Shown: positions 26,887-38,129 of the stretch, in pieces
Layout: each line of letters begins with the position of its first letter
How positions within the stretch are numbered: the stretch's first letter is position 1
DNA from: Phallusia mammillata
Taxonomy: Eukaryota
Direction: 5' to 3'
Length of the DNA: 64,000 bases
NCBI GenBank assembly: GCA_965637545.1
Contig: OZ281498.1
Coordinates: forward strand, 16,368,001 to 16,432,000
The notes under the pieces: model-generated
Seen by the model: only the letters and a program-made list of their open reading frames with translations
Told to the model about the DNA's origin: nothing
Database searches by the model: none
Translations under genes and position numbers: made by a program

Positions 26887-29800
26887 TTAGTTGTGACTTG
26901 AATTAGTTGCATAATAGTTATTTGTAAGGTTCACATTTTCTCCGAAAGCAGAGCCAGATACATCGCCGTGAAGTCCCACACCTAAACAAAACATTTCATA
27001 TTAATTTGTGATAAGTTATTCCTGACTAGCATTTACAAGTAGATTACCTACTTTGGTTTGGGTTGTTGACATGACAGACATCTGCAAAAAAACAGAATAT
27101 GGAATTTAAGAATATGTGCAAATGTATAAACATCTTGTATATTATACAGGTAGCCAAAACACCAATACAAATTTACTACAATTACCTCATTGTGAAAAGG
27201 ATCTGTGTAAAATGTGCCAGTTTCATGATCACCGTAGATCACTTTTTTATTCGGCAATCTGATAACCACCCGAAAACAATAGTCTCCATTAAGTGACCCT
27301 GCACGTCGTAGGAGAAATTGCTTTTCAGTGTAAGACTTGACAAAAAAGTTTTCCAGCTTGTAGCTTGTCTTATCGCATTTAACTTGTTGAGGGAATCTTT
27401 CAATGAGTAGTTCAGCGTCCTTTACTTTTGAGCTGTGTATATATCGAGCTAAGAATTATCTGTCTTTGTTATGAAATAATACCTCATGACGGTGTAATTC
27501 AATTGCTTATAGGTTAAACTTAACGGTAACACTTTTTCGTAACAAAATATTTTTTTTGTGATTTTTTTTGTTTTGGAAAACTATTTCTTAAAATAAAATT
27601 AGGTAAAAAAAAAAAAAAAAAAAACAATTGCGGCCAAGCTTACAGTTATACAAAAATTGTGCCGGGACAAAAACTTTCGAGCAAAATGGGCACAGAAAAA
27701 CCACTGACTCCAAAACTTGCTTGGTGTTTATACAAATTTCAAATAGCCTATAATTTATAAGCTGGTAAATTACTACGTGCTTTCTAAAGCGAAGCAATTT
27801 GGCTTTACTATACTCACCCAACAAGAATTGTATCTCTGAAAACTTCTTTATTGTTTTGACTTTCATGAATGCCAACGTTATCAACCAGCATAATTTTTAG
27901 CTTTTTTTGATCGGGGCCAAATTCATTGTCCTGACATATTTGACCTATCAAAGTTTTTTCTTTTTTGTATGAAAATGATTGCAGCTTTCGCAGCCATTTC
28001 ATTTTGAACCTAGAAATTATTAAAGGCACTGGTAACAAACTATGCTACACTAATCTACAAAATTAAGTTAATAAATTTTACACCTTTTTATGCCTGCTCT
28101 TTGTAGTGGCGTTTATAATGAAATTATAAAAAACTTACCAGGTAAAATGATTGGTGGTAAAATGGTGATGCCGTTGGTTTATATGGATTAGCGTTCCAAT
28201 TTTTTGCCATTCCAATCCATCATTGCTCGCCCAAATCTAGAACATTTTGCGGATTATCTTTTTTATCAATAGTGTTTTGTTATTTTTTACTAACCGAAAA
28301 GGGTTGAGGCTGATCGCATATCATGCAGTTGGGCATGGACAATGACACTGACTTCTTAAAGTTCTTAAAATACGGCCTGCATTCCAAAGTAGGTGTCACC
28401 GTGCTCTAAAAATGTTTACTATTACTTAAGGCCACCAAGGATTTGGTAAGTTTTACTAATTACGGTTTCTATATCTTTGCCGTAGTAGGATGTGATTTGA
28501 AACTTCATTTCTTCGTCCAGGGCGCCGGGTGGTACATGTACCACAGAACCACCGACCTGTAGTTTTCCACCTTCCTCACCCAACTCTGTGTACGTATCAC
28601 AGATAACATCAAAGTTTCTCTGCAAAAAGAAATCAGTACGTTGAAAAGTCTTTGTTGAGTTGGGCTACAACTTTTTACCATTGCGTGTAAACGGGACACC
28701 ATCGATTGAAGTCTGGATCTTGCGACATCCGACATTTGCCATCCCATATTCTCCTTGGCGGTTTTATCGTATTCCTTGATGTTGTACAAGCAAGATGTAA
28801 TTCCATTCACCCCTGTGTCTCCGATTGCATTATCTTCCAAAAGAAGTGACGTAATCTAATTCATAAAGGTATAATTAGTTGATCTGCACTACATGCGCAG
28901 TAAACAAACAATACCGCGTAATGCAATTCTTTCACAGCCGTTGACAATGCTCCAGCCCCGTCGCTGGTGAAGCCACAGTTGCTGACGTCGAGACGAACCA
29001 TGTTTGAAATACACTTTGATATGAAAATGATTCCTTCATTGCCGAAATCGTTTCCAGACAATACCAGCTTTTCCAACTACAAAAATCAAAGCCATTGACA
29101 AAACTGCAAAATGTATGGCTTTATGAATACCCCTTTAAAAAGCGCAGTGCTATGAAACTAGAAGGGTGGATTAGCACAATATGTCATTGCACATACACAA
29201 TAGTCTTTTTTCAAACTTATTTATATTTTCCCACTTACTTTGTATTGGTTCCCATAGAAGGCAATGTTTTTCTAACTTTTGTTCGTTTTTGCAAGCAGAA
29301 ACTTATGCGTCTCCAAGCATGCAAATTTGAAAATAATGTAAATTCTGAACCACAATGACCCAAACTACAGTCCTGTAAAATTTTGTTCACATCGGCAAAT
29401 GTTCAAGATTTTGACCGCCATAGATGATTTGTGCAGCGTTCGGCTTCTTGGAGAAAACCGTCACGAAAGATTTGATCTTGTTGATGGTAAGCCCTGTCAT
29501 TTCACTTTTCTCAACCATCTTGTTCATCATGTTCTGCAGCTTCTCTTCTGTGTCGGCGATGAGTACAGTGTCATCGGCGCGTCTCAGGTTATTGATATTC
29601 ACAGGTCTAGTGACATGATATACCCTTGCCTCACTCCGCGTTCGATGTTCAAATACTCACTCTGCGCACCATCTATCCTCACTGTTGCCTGCTGGTTCCA
29701 GTACAGATTCTGGATCAATTCGATGTCCTTCCTGTCGATATCCAGTGTCTCCAGCATTTGGAACAACGATTCGTGCCTGACTCAAAGTCAGGTCAGTGAC

Positions 29801-31876
29801 ATTATCAAACGCCTAATCGATGAAACAGGCATATATATCACGCTGCATTCAATTGCTCGCTGCGTTATCATCTTCAAAATGAAGATGGCGTTCCGCTTAC
29901 CCTTATCCGGAGTGAACCCGTACTGCTCCTCGCTGACTTCTCCAGTCGTTCTGCCTCGGATGGGGTTAGGTAGGATCTGAAGGATAAGTTTCGTGAGGTG
30001 ACTCATGAAGCTGATGGCTCTATGTTCCTCACATTTTGTGGCACCCGGTTTCTTTTGTAAGTTGATGAAAACAGATTTGAACATCTCCGCTGGAAAATGA
30101 CCTTCATCGTAGATTCGATTTGCTAACTTTGTTATCGTTTCGACTCCAAAATCGGCAAGAGCTTTGATCATTTCCATTGCGATCCCGTCCGGGCTAGTTG
30201 CTTTGCCTCTCGATAGACTCTGTATGACTCGACTACTGCCTTGTAGGTTATACCTCGTCAGGCGAAGGCTAGGAGAAGGAAAACTCTGATTTCTAACCAC
30301 CTACCTCGGTAGGGGATCTAAACCGATCTAGAGGAGCAAGCCTCGACAGAAGCTCCGTCGGAAGGAAACTGGGGCTCCCACCGCCGTACAATGCCCCTTG
30401 AATACAATCATGACAGTACAACATAATTCCATAGTAAGGCCAAATAATGCCCCCAAATTAATGTAAAGTTTGCTGATTCGAAACCAAAAAATCCAATTCT
30501 AATCAATCACATACCGATTGGTGTAGTTCATTTATGCCGGTTGCTAGAGTTTCACATCCATTGCTCGTCACGTTGCAATCGCGCAAAGTGAGTTCTCTAA
30601 TGTTAGACAAGCAACCAGACACAAAGGCTATACCTCCGTCTTGAAGTGGGTTTCCAGCCATATTCAGTCTATTCATCTGTAGCACATGTCCTATGAAATA
30701 CCTAACAAAGAAAAAAAATAAATGCTCACCGGATATTTGAGTCTCCTGACAGTTTGTGAAAGATGTTTTGTTCCGATCTCAGTTACTCCGCATCCTTCCA
30801 CATCAAGTTCAGCGATTTTGTCAGCATGACTTGACAAACATTTTAGTCCCTCGTCGAAAATGTTGCATCCCAATAAATTTATTTTTATCTAAAGTAAGGA
30901 TATTTAGATTTAACAAAAATGCTGTACACAATTACTCATCGTCTGATTTCTGCACCGGTTGATCCAATTTTTTCAACCCCACTGCAAGGTGTTTTGCACC
31001 CTCCTTCGTAACAGCATTAAACTTTAGACCGAGTTCCTCAAGATACTTTAAGCAGGTTGACAAATACTTTACACACCGTGATCGTCAATAGAGTTCTCAT
31101 ACAAATTCAGTTTAATCTATTAAAAGAAAATACGTCAAATAATGTACACTTGTTTAATATCGTAGGTGCAACAAACCGTTTTTCGAACTTTAAGTATCGC
31201 AGATGCCAGTGTGTGACAACCGTTTTCGTCGATCTCACAGCCAATCAAATTGAGCTCGTTTATGTTATGCAAGCAAGCTTCTAGGTATTTAAGACTCTGT
31301 AATATTTTACACTTTCTCACAGTTAGCGCCAGCATCTAAATTGTAAATTGATTTGACGTCTAAACGTAAACTTATATCATATATCCTTACTGGCGAGTCA
31401 AGTTTTGAAATTCCATCAGACAAGTTACGAAAGCTTGCTGGATTTATTTGACAGTTGTCCATTGTAAGATGGTATATGTACGGCAGTAATGAAGTCAAAA
31501 ACCTCATGCTTTCTGTTTCTTCCTGCGTTGGAAAATGTAATTTAAAACTAACGTGCAATTTCGCTGGTGACTCAACTTACAAAGTTGAAGGAGACCAGTT
31601 CAATAGCACATCTCTCCTTGCATGTTTCCATCATTAAAGATAACCCAGCTATAATGATCACTTGCGCACAGTTCGAATCAGCGGCATCTAGTTTGATTTC
31701 AGAGGATAACCCATGTCGAAAAGCTTTGCAAATATCTGGACTTTGGGCCTGGTACGCCCACTCATACAAACATGACTTCTCAATGTTTTCTTTCTCAAAA
31801 CTCGACACGACAATATTTAGCTTATTTTTTAAAAAATCTGTCTTTCCATCAGTGAAACTTGCGATGGAAGTTGATA
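26887..31876 (-). pseudogene. NLR-like gene, copy 2 (inverted paralog of 16684-20478), 5'-truncated and frameshifted
   Basis: Exon-by-exon reverse-complement match to copy 1. Homology stops at 31876. A 2-bp insertion in an LRR exon (CACGGTGTGTAAAG versus CACGGTGTAAAG, plus-strand about 31071-31078) creates a stop. An RTE remnant sits in an intron. Confidence 0.82.
29390..30395 (-). mobile_element. Decayed RTE-clade non-LTR retrotransposon fragment (5' UTR remnant plus partial reverse transcriptase)
   Basis: GKATSPDGIAMEMIK..KKPGATKCEEHRAISFMSHLTK..EEQYGFTPDKG..NAIFIL; NLYWNQQATVRIDG..GVRQG; NINNLRRADD (YADD degenerate). Frameshifts and internal deletions. Absent from the equivalent intron of copy 1. 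Confidence 0.88.
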
Positions 31877-32811
31877 AACCAGCCTGGCCAGATCCCATTG
31901 GAAGAGTGGCTGGCAACAAAACGGGCTGAGCGACGTGCTGACAAAGCAGCCGAAGCAGCAGCCAAAGCAGCAGCCGTAGCAGCGCCCTCAACATCAGGTT
32001 AAATACCTGGCGAACGGCCCATTCCAGGGCCATCCAATTGTTTGTTTGTTTTTTGTAACAATTTGAGTTGTATTTGTGCACTGTATTTTAGTAATAGTTA
32101 TATTATTTATAATAGTTATATGTATTAAATGAGTGCGATTTCTACGTGTTTTACGGCATATTTGGTGCAATTTTGTATCTGTTTTAAGGTACATGTATTT
32201 AGCGAGTGCAATTTTGACGTGATTGTAGTTCGCTGTTATGAACAATATACTGTGACAATTTTGCTACTACGTTGGTGTTCAGTAAAGCAGCAAGTGCTAT
32301 CAAACTTATTATGAGGCAAAATTGCTGGGTAAGCGAGCAAAAAAGTCAGGTGGTCAGATATAAATAGAAAAAACGTATTGTGTTCGTTTTGGGGTAGAGT
32401 TAGTAAAACAAAAGACAATTTAGTTTATCGGTAGATGTAAATGTCATAGAAAATTGTCACGCAAGTGGTGCACAGACAGCAAATGTGCGGAGAAAGGTGT
32501 CCAGCTGAGGGCCAACAAAGATACAAATGAAATCAAATAGCAAATTCAAATTGACGTATTTCAGCAATTTTTTCAGCAGGACACCTTTTTGATAATTATC
32601 GGCAATTATGAGTAAACCTGAAAAACGGAGAAGTTATTATCACAACGCGGAAGATATCAACCCCGAATATGCTTAAAACTTCCCGTTCCGACTTTACCGG
32701 CGCTCTATTGCGCCGCTCCGCGGCGCAATCTCTTGCCCCTTTTCTTTTGCCCCCTTTCCGGCTACGTCTTGCCCCCTTTAGGTAGAAGATTGCGTCCCAG
32801 CTTTCGCGCTT
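31877..32811 (+). mobile_element. Putative 3'-end remnant of a U6-targeting (Dada-like) DNA element
   Basis: Non-NLR, non-array sequence. Carries a plus-strand ORF tail (31877-32002, NQPGQIPLEEWLATKRAERRADKAAEAAAKAAAVAAPSTSG*), a 10-bp hairpin (32707-32729), three TTGCCCC repeats and AGAAGAT. It ends in TCGCGCTT fused to U6 nt 64. Family assignment is inference; no DDE core is visible. Confidence 0.55.
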
Positions 32812-32818
32812 AGGGGCC

Positions 32819-32858
<40 letters not shown>

Positions 32859-32875
32859 ACTGCCGAAGCAAGTAC
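32812..32875 (-). pseudogene. U6: U6 snRNA 5' fragment (nt 1-64) at the left array junction
   Basis: GTACTTGCTTCGGCAGTACATATACTAAAATTGGAACGATACAGAGAAGATTAGCATGGCCCCT, then non-U6 AAGCGCGA. Confidence 0.95.
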
Positions 32876-32923
32876 ATTTAAGTTAACCCCACCAGCAATT
32901 TAGGTCCCACCTCGACGAGGGGT

Positions 32924-32942
32924 ATTTTCCGTTTGTGGGGAC
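32924..32942 (-). promoter_or_regulatory. Putative U6 proximal sequence element (PSE), repeated in every unit
   Basis: GTCCCCACAAACGGAAAAT lies at -67 to -49 from U6 +1. Position and pattern resemble the human U6 PSE (CTTACCGTAACTTGAAAGT). Only a weak TATA-like CTAAATT is present, at -28 to -22. Confidence 0.65.
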
Positions 32943-34074
32943 CGCCGTGCTGGGCTCCTGGTGTGACGTCACAACGCCAGACAGACGTTATGTGTACGTC
33001 GGGGCAGACGAAGGCCGTCAAACGCATCCATCTTGAGCGGCGTTTCGATTCGAAAGAAAAGGCAAAAAAACGTTGCCCCAGGTCCGTTACTCCTCCAGGG
33101 AAAAGCCGAGAAACCGAGATTTTCTCGCCGTGTGACACCTGTCGGTATGTGCTGTGTCAGTTCAGGACAAGATGCATCCGATAATAATAATCAAACGAAA
33201 GCTTAGCTTCCACTTATTCTCATGAGTCAACGCAATGTGAAAGCGTAGCCGTGCTGAAAAAGCTGAAAAGACCACCAAGCAGTGTCCGAAGGGATCAGTT
33301 AAGCAATTTGAGACCAACTACAGAAAGCGATTTATCAACACAGGCACGAAAGGTAAACCTGATGCAAGAAGTGCAGAGAATAAAGTTGGCGTTAGGTTCC
33401 TTTTATATTTTTTTCTCAACTACCGGATTTCCCCGTTTTCAAACTAACAGTATGCAAGGCAATGCGGTTATGTCTGTAGCCTATAGCTCTTTCTCGGCTC
33501 TAAAACAAGCGAAAGACAGCCGGTAGCCGGTTTAGGAAAGGTGTGTGAGTAGTGATGAAATACCACTTTTCTGCCATGTGAGAAATGATATTAAAGCAGA
33601 AAACTCACTTAAGATTTTTTTCCTCTTTTTTTCTTGTTGTTATTTTAGGTGCAGCTATAGTTGTTTTAGTACCCTTCCCGTTCTTCTGTGCTAGCTCCTA
33701 CGTCGGTGTCTTATTTTTTGCCTTCGTGTTCGGTTTTGATGCGTGGTGCTCTAAGAAAAAGGGAGGTCTGCTTCGCTGTGCGGCGCTGAACGAGACGGCC
33801 GGTCATTTAAACCGCACCGCGCGCGTTCAGCAGCGCCGCTTAGCGGTATGGGCGACAAAGGCACGCGTACCGCATAAAAACAGTCGCCGGTCTCTCACGT
33901 GTCTTTGATAATAATTAATCGATCCGGCGCACAAAACGAAGACTTCTGCGACAGAGACTCTCATCATGCGCTTATTTCGCCGCCTTTCAGTGTGTCTGTG
34001 AGCTGTCAAGACCCCAGGGGGCAGTATTTCTGCAAGATCTCATTTTTTTTCCGAGAAAGAAGAAATTAATGAGG

Positions 34075-34124
34075 AAAAATGAGGAACGCTTCACGATTTT
34101 GCGTGTCATCCTTGCGCAGGGGCC

Positions 34125-34164
<40 letters not shown>

Positions 34165-34181
34165 ACTGCCGAAGCAAGTAC
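34075..34181 (-). ncRNA. U6: U6 spliceosomal snRNA
   Basis: 107-nt U6 with 5' stem-loop, ACAGAGA box, AGC triad, ISL and TTTTT terminator. Confidence 0.98.
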
Positions 34182-35390
34182 ATTTAAGTTAACCCCACCA
34201 GCAATTTAGGTCCCACCTCGACGAGGGGTATTTTCCGTTTGTGGGGACCGCCGTGCTGGGCTCCTGGTGTGACGTCACAACGCCAGACAGACGTTATGTG
34301 TACGTCGGGGCAGACGAAGGCCGTCAAACGCATCCATCTTGAGCGGCGTTTCGATTCGAAAGAAAAGGCAAAAAAACGTTGCCCCAGGTCCGTTACTCCT
34401 CCAGGGAAAAGCCGAGAAACCGAGATTTTCTCGCCGTGTGACACCTGTCGGTATGTGCTGTGTCAGTTCAGGACAAGATGCTTTCGATAATAATAATCAA
34501 ACGAAAGCTTAGCTTCCACTTATTCTCATGAGTCAACGCAATGTGAAAGCGTAGCCGTGCTGAAAAAGCTGAAAAGACCACCAAGCAGTGTCCGAAGGGA
34601 TCAGTTAAGCAATTTGAGACCAACTACAGAAAGCGATTTATCAACACAGGCACGAAAGGTAAACCTGATGCAAGAAGTGCAGAGAATAAAGTTGGCGTTA
34701 GGTTCCTTTTATATATTTTTCTCAACTACCGGATTTCCCCGTTTTCAAACTAACAGTATGCAAGGCAATGCGGTTATGTCTGTAGCCTATAGCTCTTTCT
34801 CGGCTCTAAAACAAGCGAAAGACAGCCGGTAGCCGGTTTAGGAAAGGTGTGTGAGTAGTGATGAAATACCACTTTTCTGCCATGTGAGAAATGATAGTAA
34901 AGCAGAAAACTCACTTAAGATTTTTTTCCTCTTTTTTTCTTGTTGTTATTTTAGGTGCAGCTATAGTTGTTTTAGTACCCTTCCCGTTCTTCTGTGCTAG
35001 CTCCTACGTCGGTGTCTTATTTTTTGCCTTCGTGTTCGGTTTTGATGCGTGGTGCTCTAAGAAAAAGGGAGGTCTGCTTCGCTGTGCGGCGCTGTGCGGC
35101 GCTGAACGAGACGGCCGGTCATTTAAACCGCACCGCGCGCGTTCAGCAGCGCCGCTTAGCGGTATGGGCGACAAAGGCACGCGTACCGCATAAAAACAGT
35201 CGCCGGTCTCTCACGTGTCTTTGATAATAATTAATCGATCCGGCGCACAAAACGAAGACTTCTGCGACAGAGACTCTCATCATGCGCTTATTTCGCCGCC
35301 TTTCAGTGTGTCTGTGAGCTGTCAAGACCCCAGGGGGCAGTATTTCTGCAAGATCTCATTTTTTTTCCGAGAAAGAAGAAATTAATGAGG

Positions 35391-35440
35391 AAAAATGAGG
35401 AACGCTTCACGATTTTGCGTGTCATCCTTGCGCAGGGGCC

Positions 35441-35480
<40 letters not shown>

Positions 35481-35497
35481 ACTGCCGAAGCAAGTAC
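35391..35497 (-). ncRNA. U6: U6 spliceosomal snRNA
   Basis: Full-length copy matching 34075-34181. Confidence 0.98.
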
Positions 35498-36706
35498 ATT
35501 TAAGTTAACCCCACCAGCAATTTAGGTCCCACCTCGACGAGGGGTATTTTCCGTTTGTGGGGACCGCCGTGCTGGGCTCCTGGTGTGACGTCACAACGCC
35601 AGACAGACGTTATGTGTACGTCGGGGCAGACGAAGGCCGTCAAACGCATCCATCTTGAGCGGCGTTTCGATTCGAAAGAAAAGGCAAAAAAACGTTGCCC
35701 CAGGTCCGTTACTCCTCCAGGGAAAAGCCGAGAAACCGATATTTTCTCGCCGTGTGACACCTGTCGGTATGTGCTGTGTCAGTTCAGGACAAGATGCATC
35801 CGATAATAATAATCAAACGAAAGCTTAGCTTCCACTTATTCTCATGAGTCAACGCAATGTGAAAGCGTAGCCGTGCTGAAAAAGCTGAAAAGACCACCAA
35901 GCAGTGTCCGAAGGGATCAGTTAAGCAATTTGAGACCAACTACAGAAAGCGATTTATCAACACAGGCACGAAAGGTAAACCTGATGCAAGAAGTGCAGAG
36001 AATAAAGTTGGCGTTAGGTTCCTTTTATATATTTTTCTCAACTACCGGATTTCCCCGTTTTCAAACTAACAGTATGCAAGGCAATGCGGTTATGTCTGTA
36101 GCCTATAGCTCTTTCTCGGCTCTAAAACAAGCGAAAGACAGCCGGTAGCCGGTTTAGGAAAGGTGTGTGAGTAGTGATGAAATACCACTTTTCTGCCATG
36201 TGAGAAATGATAGTAAAGCAGAAAACTCACTTAAGATTTTTTTCCTCTTTTTTTCTTGTTGTTATTTTAGGTGCAGCTATAGTTGTTTTAGTACCCTTCC
36301 CGTTCTTCTGTGCTAGCTCCTACGTCGGTGTCTTATTTTTTGCCTTCGTGTTCGGTTTTGATGCGTGGTGCTCTAAGAAAAAGGGAGGTCTGCTTCGCTG
36401 TGCGGCGCTGTGCGGCGCTGAACGAGACGGCCGGTCATTTAAACCGCACCGCGCGCGTTCAGCAGCGCCGCTTAGCGGTATGGGCGACAAAGGCACGCGT
36501 ACCGCATAAAAACAGTCGCCGGTCTCTCACGTGTCTTTGATAATAATTAATCGATCCGGCGCACAAAACGAAGACTTCTGCGACAGAGACTCTCATCATG
36601 CGCTTATTTCGCCGCCTTTCAGTGTGTCTGTGAGCTGTCAAGACCCCAGGGGGCAGTATTTCTGCAAGATCTCATTTTTTTTCCGAGAAAGAAGAAATTA
36701 ATGAGG

Positions 36707-36756
36707 AAAAATGAGGAACGCTTCACGATTTTGCGTGTCATCCTTGCGCAGGGGCC

Positions 36757-36796
<40 letters not shown>

Positions 36797-36813
36797 ACTG
36801 CCGAAGCAAGTAC
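36707..36813 (-). ncRNA. U6: U6 spliceosomal snRNA
   Basis: Full-length copy matching 34075-34181. Confidence 0.98.
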
Positions 36814-38022
36814 ATTTAAGTTAACCCCACCAGCAATTTAGGTCCCACCTCGACGAGGGGTATTTTCCGTTTGTGGGGACCGCCGTGCTGGGCTCCTGGT
36901 GTGACGTCACAACGCCAGACAGACGTTATGTGTACGTCGGGGCAGACGAAGGCCGTCAAACGCATCCATCTTGAGCGGCGTTTCGATTCGAAAGAAAAGG
37001 CAAAAAAACGTTGCCCCAGGTCCGTTACTCCTCCAGGGAAAAGCCGAGAAACCGAGATTTTCTCGCCGTGTGACACCTGTCGGTATGTGCTGTGTCAGTT
37101 CAGGACAAGATGCATCCGATAATAATAATCAAACGAAAGCTTAGCTTCCACTTATTCTCATGAGTCAACGCAATGTGAAAGCGTAGCCGTGCTGAAAAAG
37201 CTGAAAAGACCACCAAGCAGTGTCCGAAGGGATCAGTTAAGCAATTTGAGACCAACTACAGAAAGCGATTTATCAACACAGGCACGAAAGGTAAACCTGA
37301 TGCAAGAAGTGCAGAGAATAAAGTTGGCGTTAGGTTCCTTTTATATATTTTTCTCAACTACCGGATTTCCCCGTTTTCAAACTAACAGTATGCAAGGCAA
37401 TGCGGTTATGTCTGTAGCCTATAGCTCTTTCTCGGCTCTAAAACAAGCGAAAGACAGCCGGTAGCCGGTTTAGGAAAGGTGTGTGAGTAGTGATGAAATA
37501 CCACTTTTCTGCCATGTGAGAAATGATAGTAAAGCAGAAAACTCACTTAAGATTTTTTTCCTCTTTTTTTCTTGTTGTTATTTTAGGTGCAGCTATAGTT
37601 GTTTTAGTACCCTTCCCGTTCTTCTGTGCTAGCTCCTACGTCGGTGTCTTATTTTTTGCCTTCGTGTTCGGTTTTGATGCGTGGTGCTCTAAGAAAAAGG
37701 GAGGTCTGCTTCGCTGTGCGGCGCTGTGCGGCGCTGAACGAGACGGCCGGTCATTTAAACCGCACCGCGCGCGTTCAGCAGCGCCGCTTAGCGGTATGGG
37801 CGACAAAGGCACGCGTACCGCATAAAAACAGTCGCCGGTCTCTCACGTGTCTTTGATAATAATTAATCGATCCGGCGCACAAAACGAAGACTTCTGCGAC
37901 AGAGACTCTCATCATGCGCTTATTTCGCCGCCTTTCAGTGTGTCTGTGAGCTGTCAAGACCCCAGGGGGCAGTATTTCTGCAAGATCTCATTTTTTTTCC
38001 GAGAAAGAAGAAATTAATGAGG

Positions 38023-38072
38023 AAAAATGAGGAACGCTTCACGATTTTGCGTGTCATCCTTGCGCAGGGGCC

Positions 38073-38112
<40 letters not shown>

Positions 38113-38129
38113 ACTGCCGAAGCAAGTAC
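38023..38129 (-). ncRNA. U6: U6 spliceosomal snRNA
   Basis: Full-length copy matching 34075-34181. Confidence 0.98.

Noticed and set aside
31572-32081. 169-aa minus-strand ORF as a new N-terminus (signal-peptide-like LLRLLLWLLL) for NLR copy 2
   Set aside because: It is the antisense reading of the Ala-rich plus-strand ORF tail, and copy 2 is frameshifted downstream.
33549-33570. Similarity of AGTAGTGATGAAATACCACTT to the start of U18 snoRNA
   Set aside because: The match does not extend to the guide region or box D; kept only as an unexplained structured segment.
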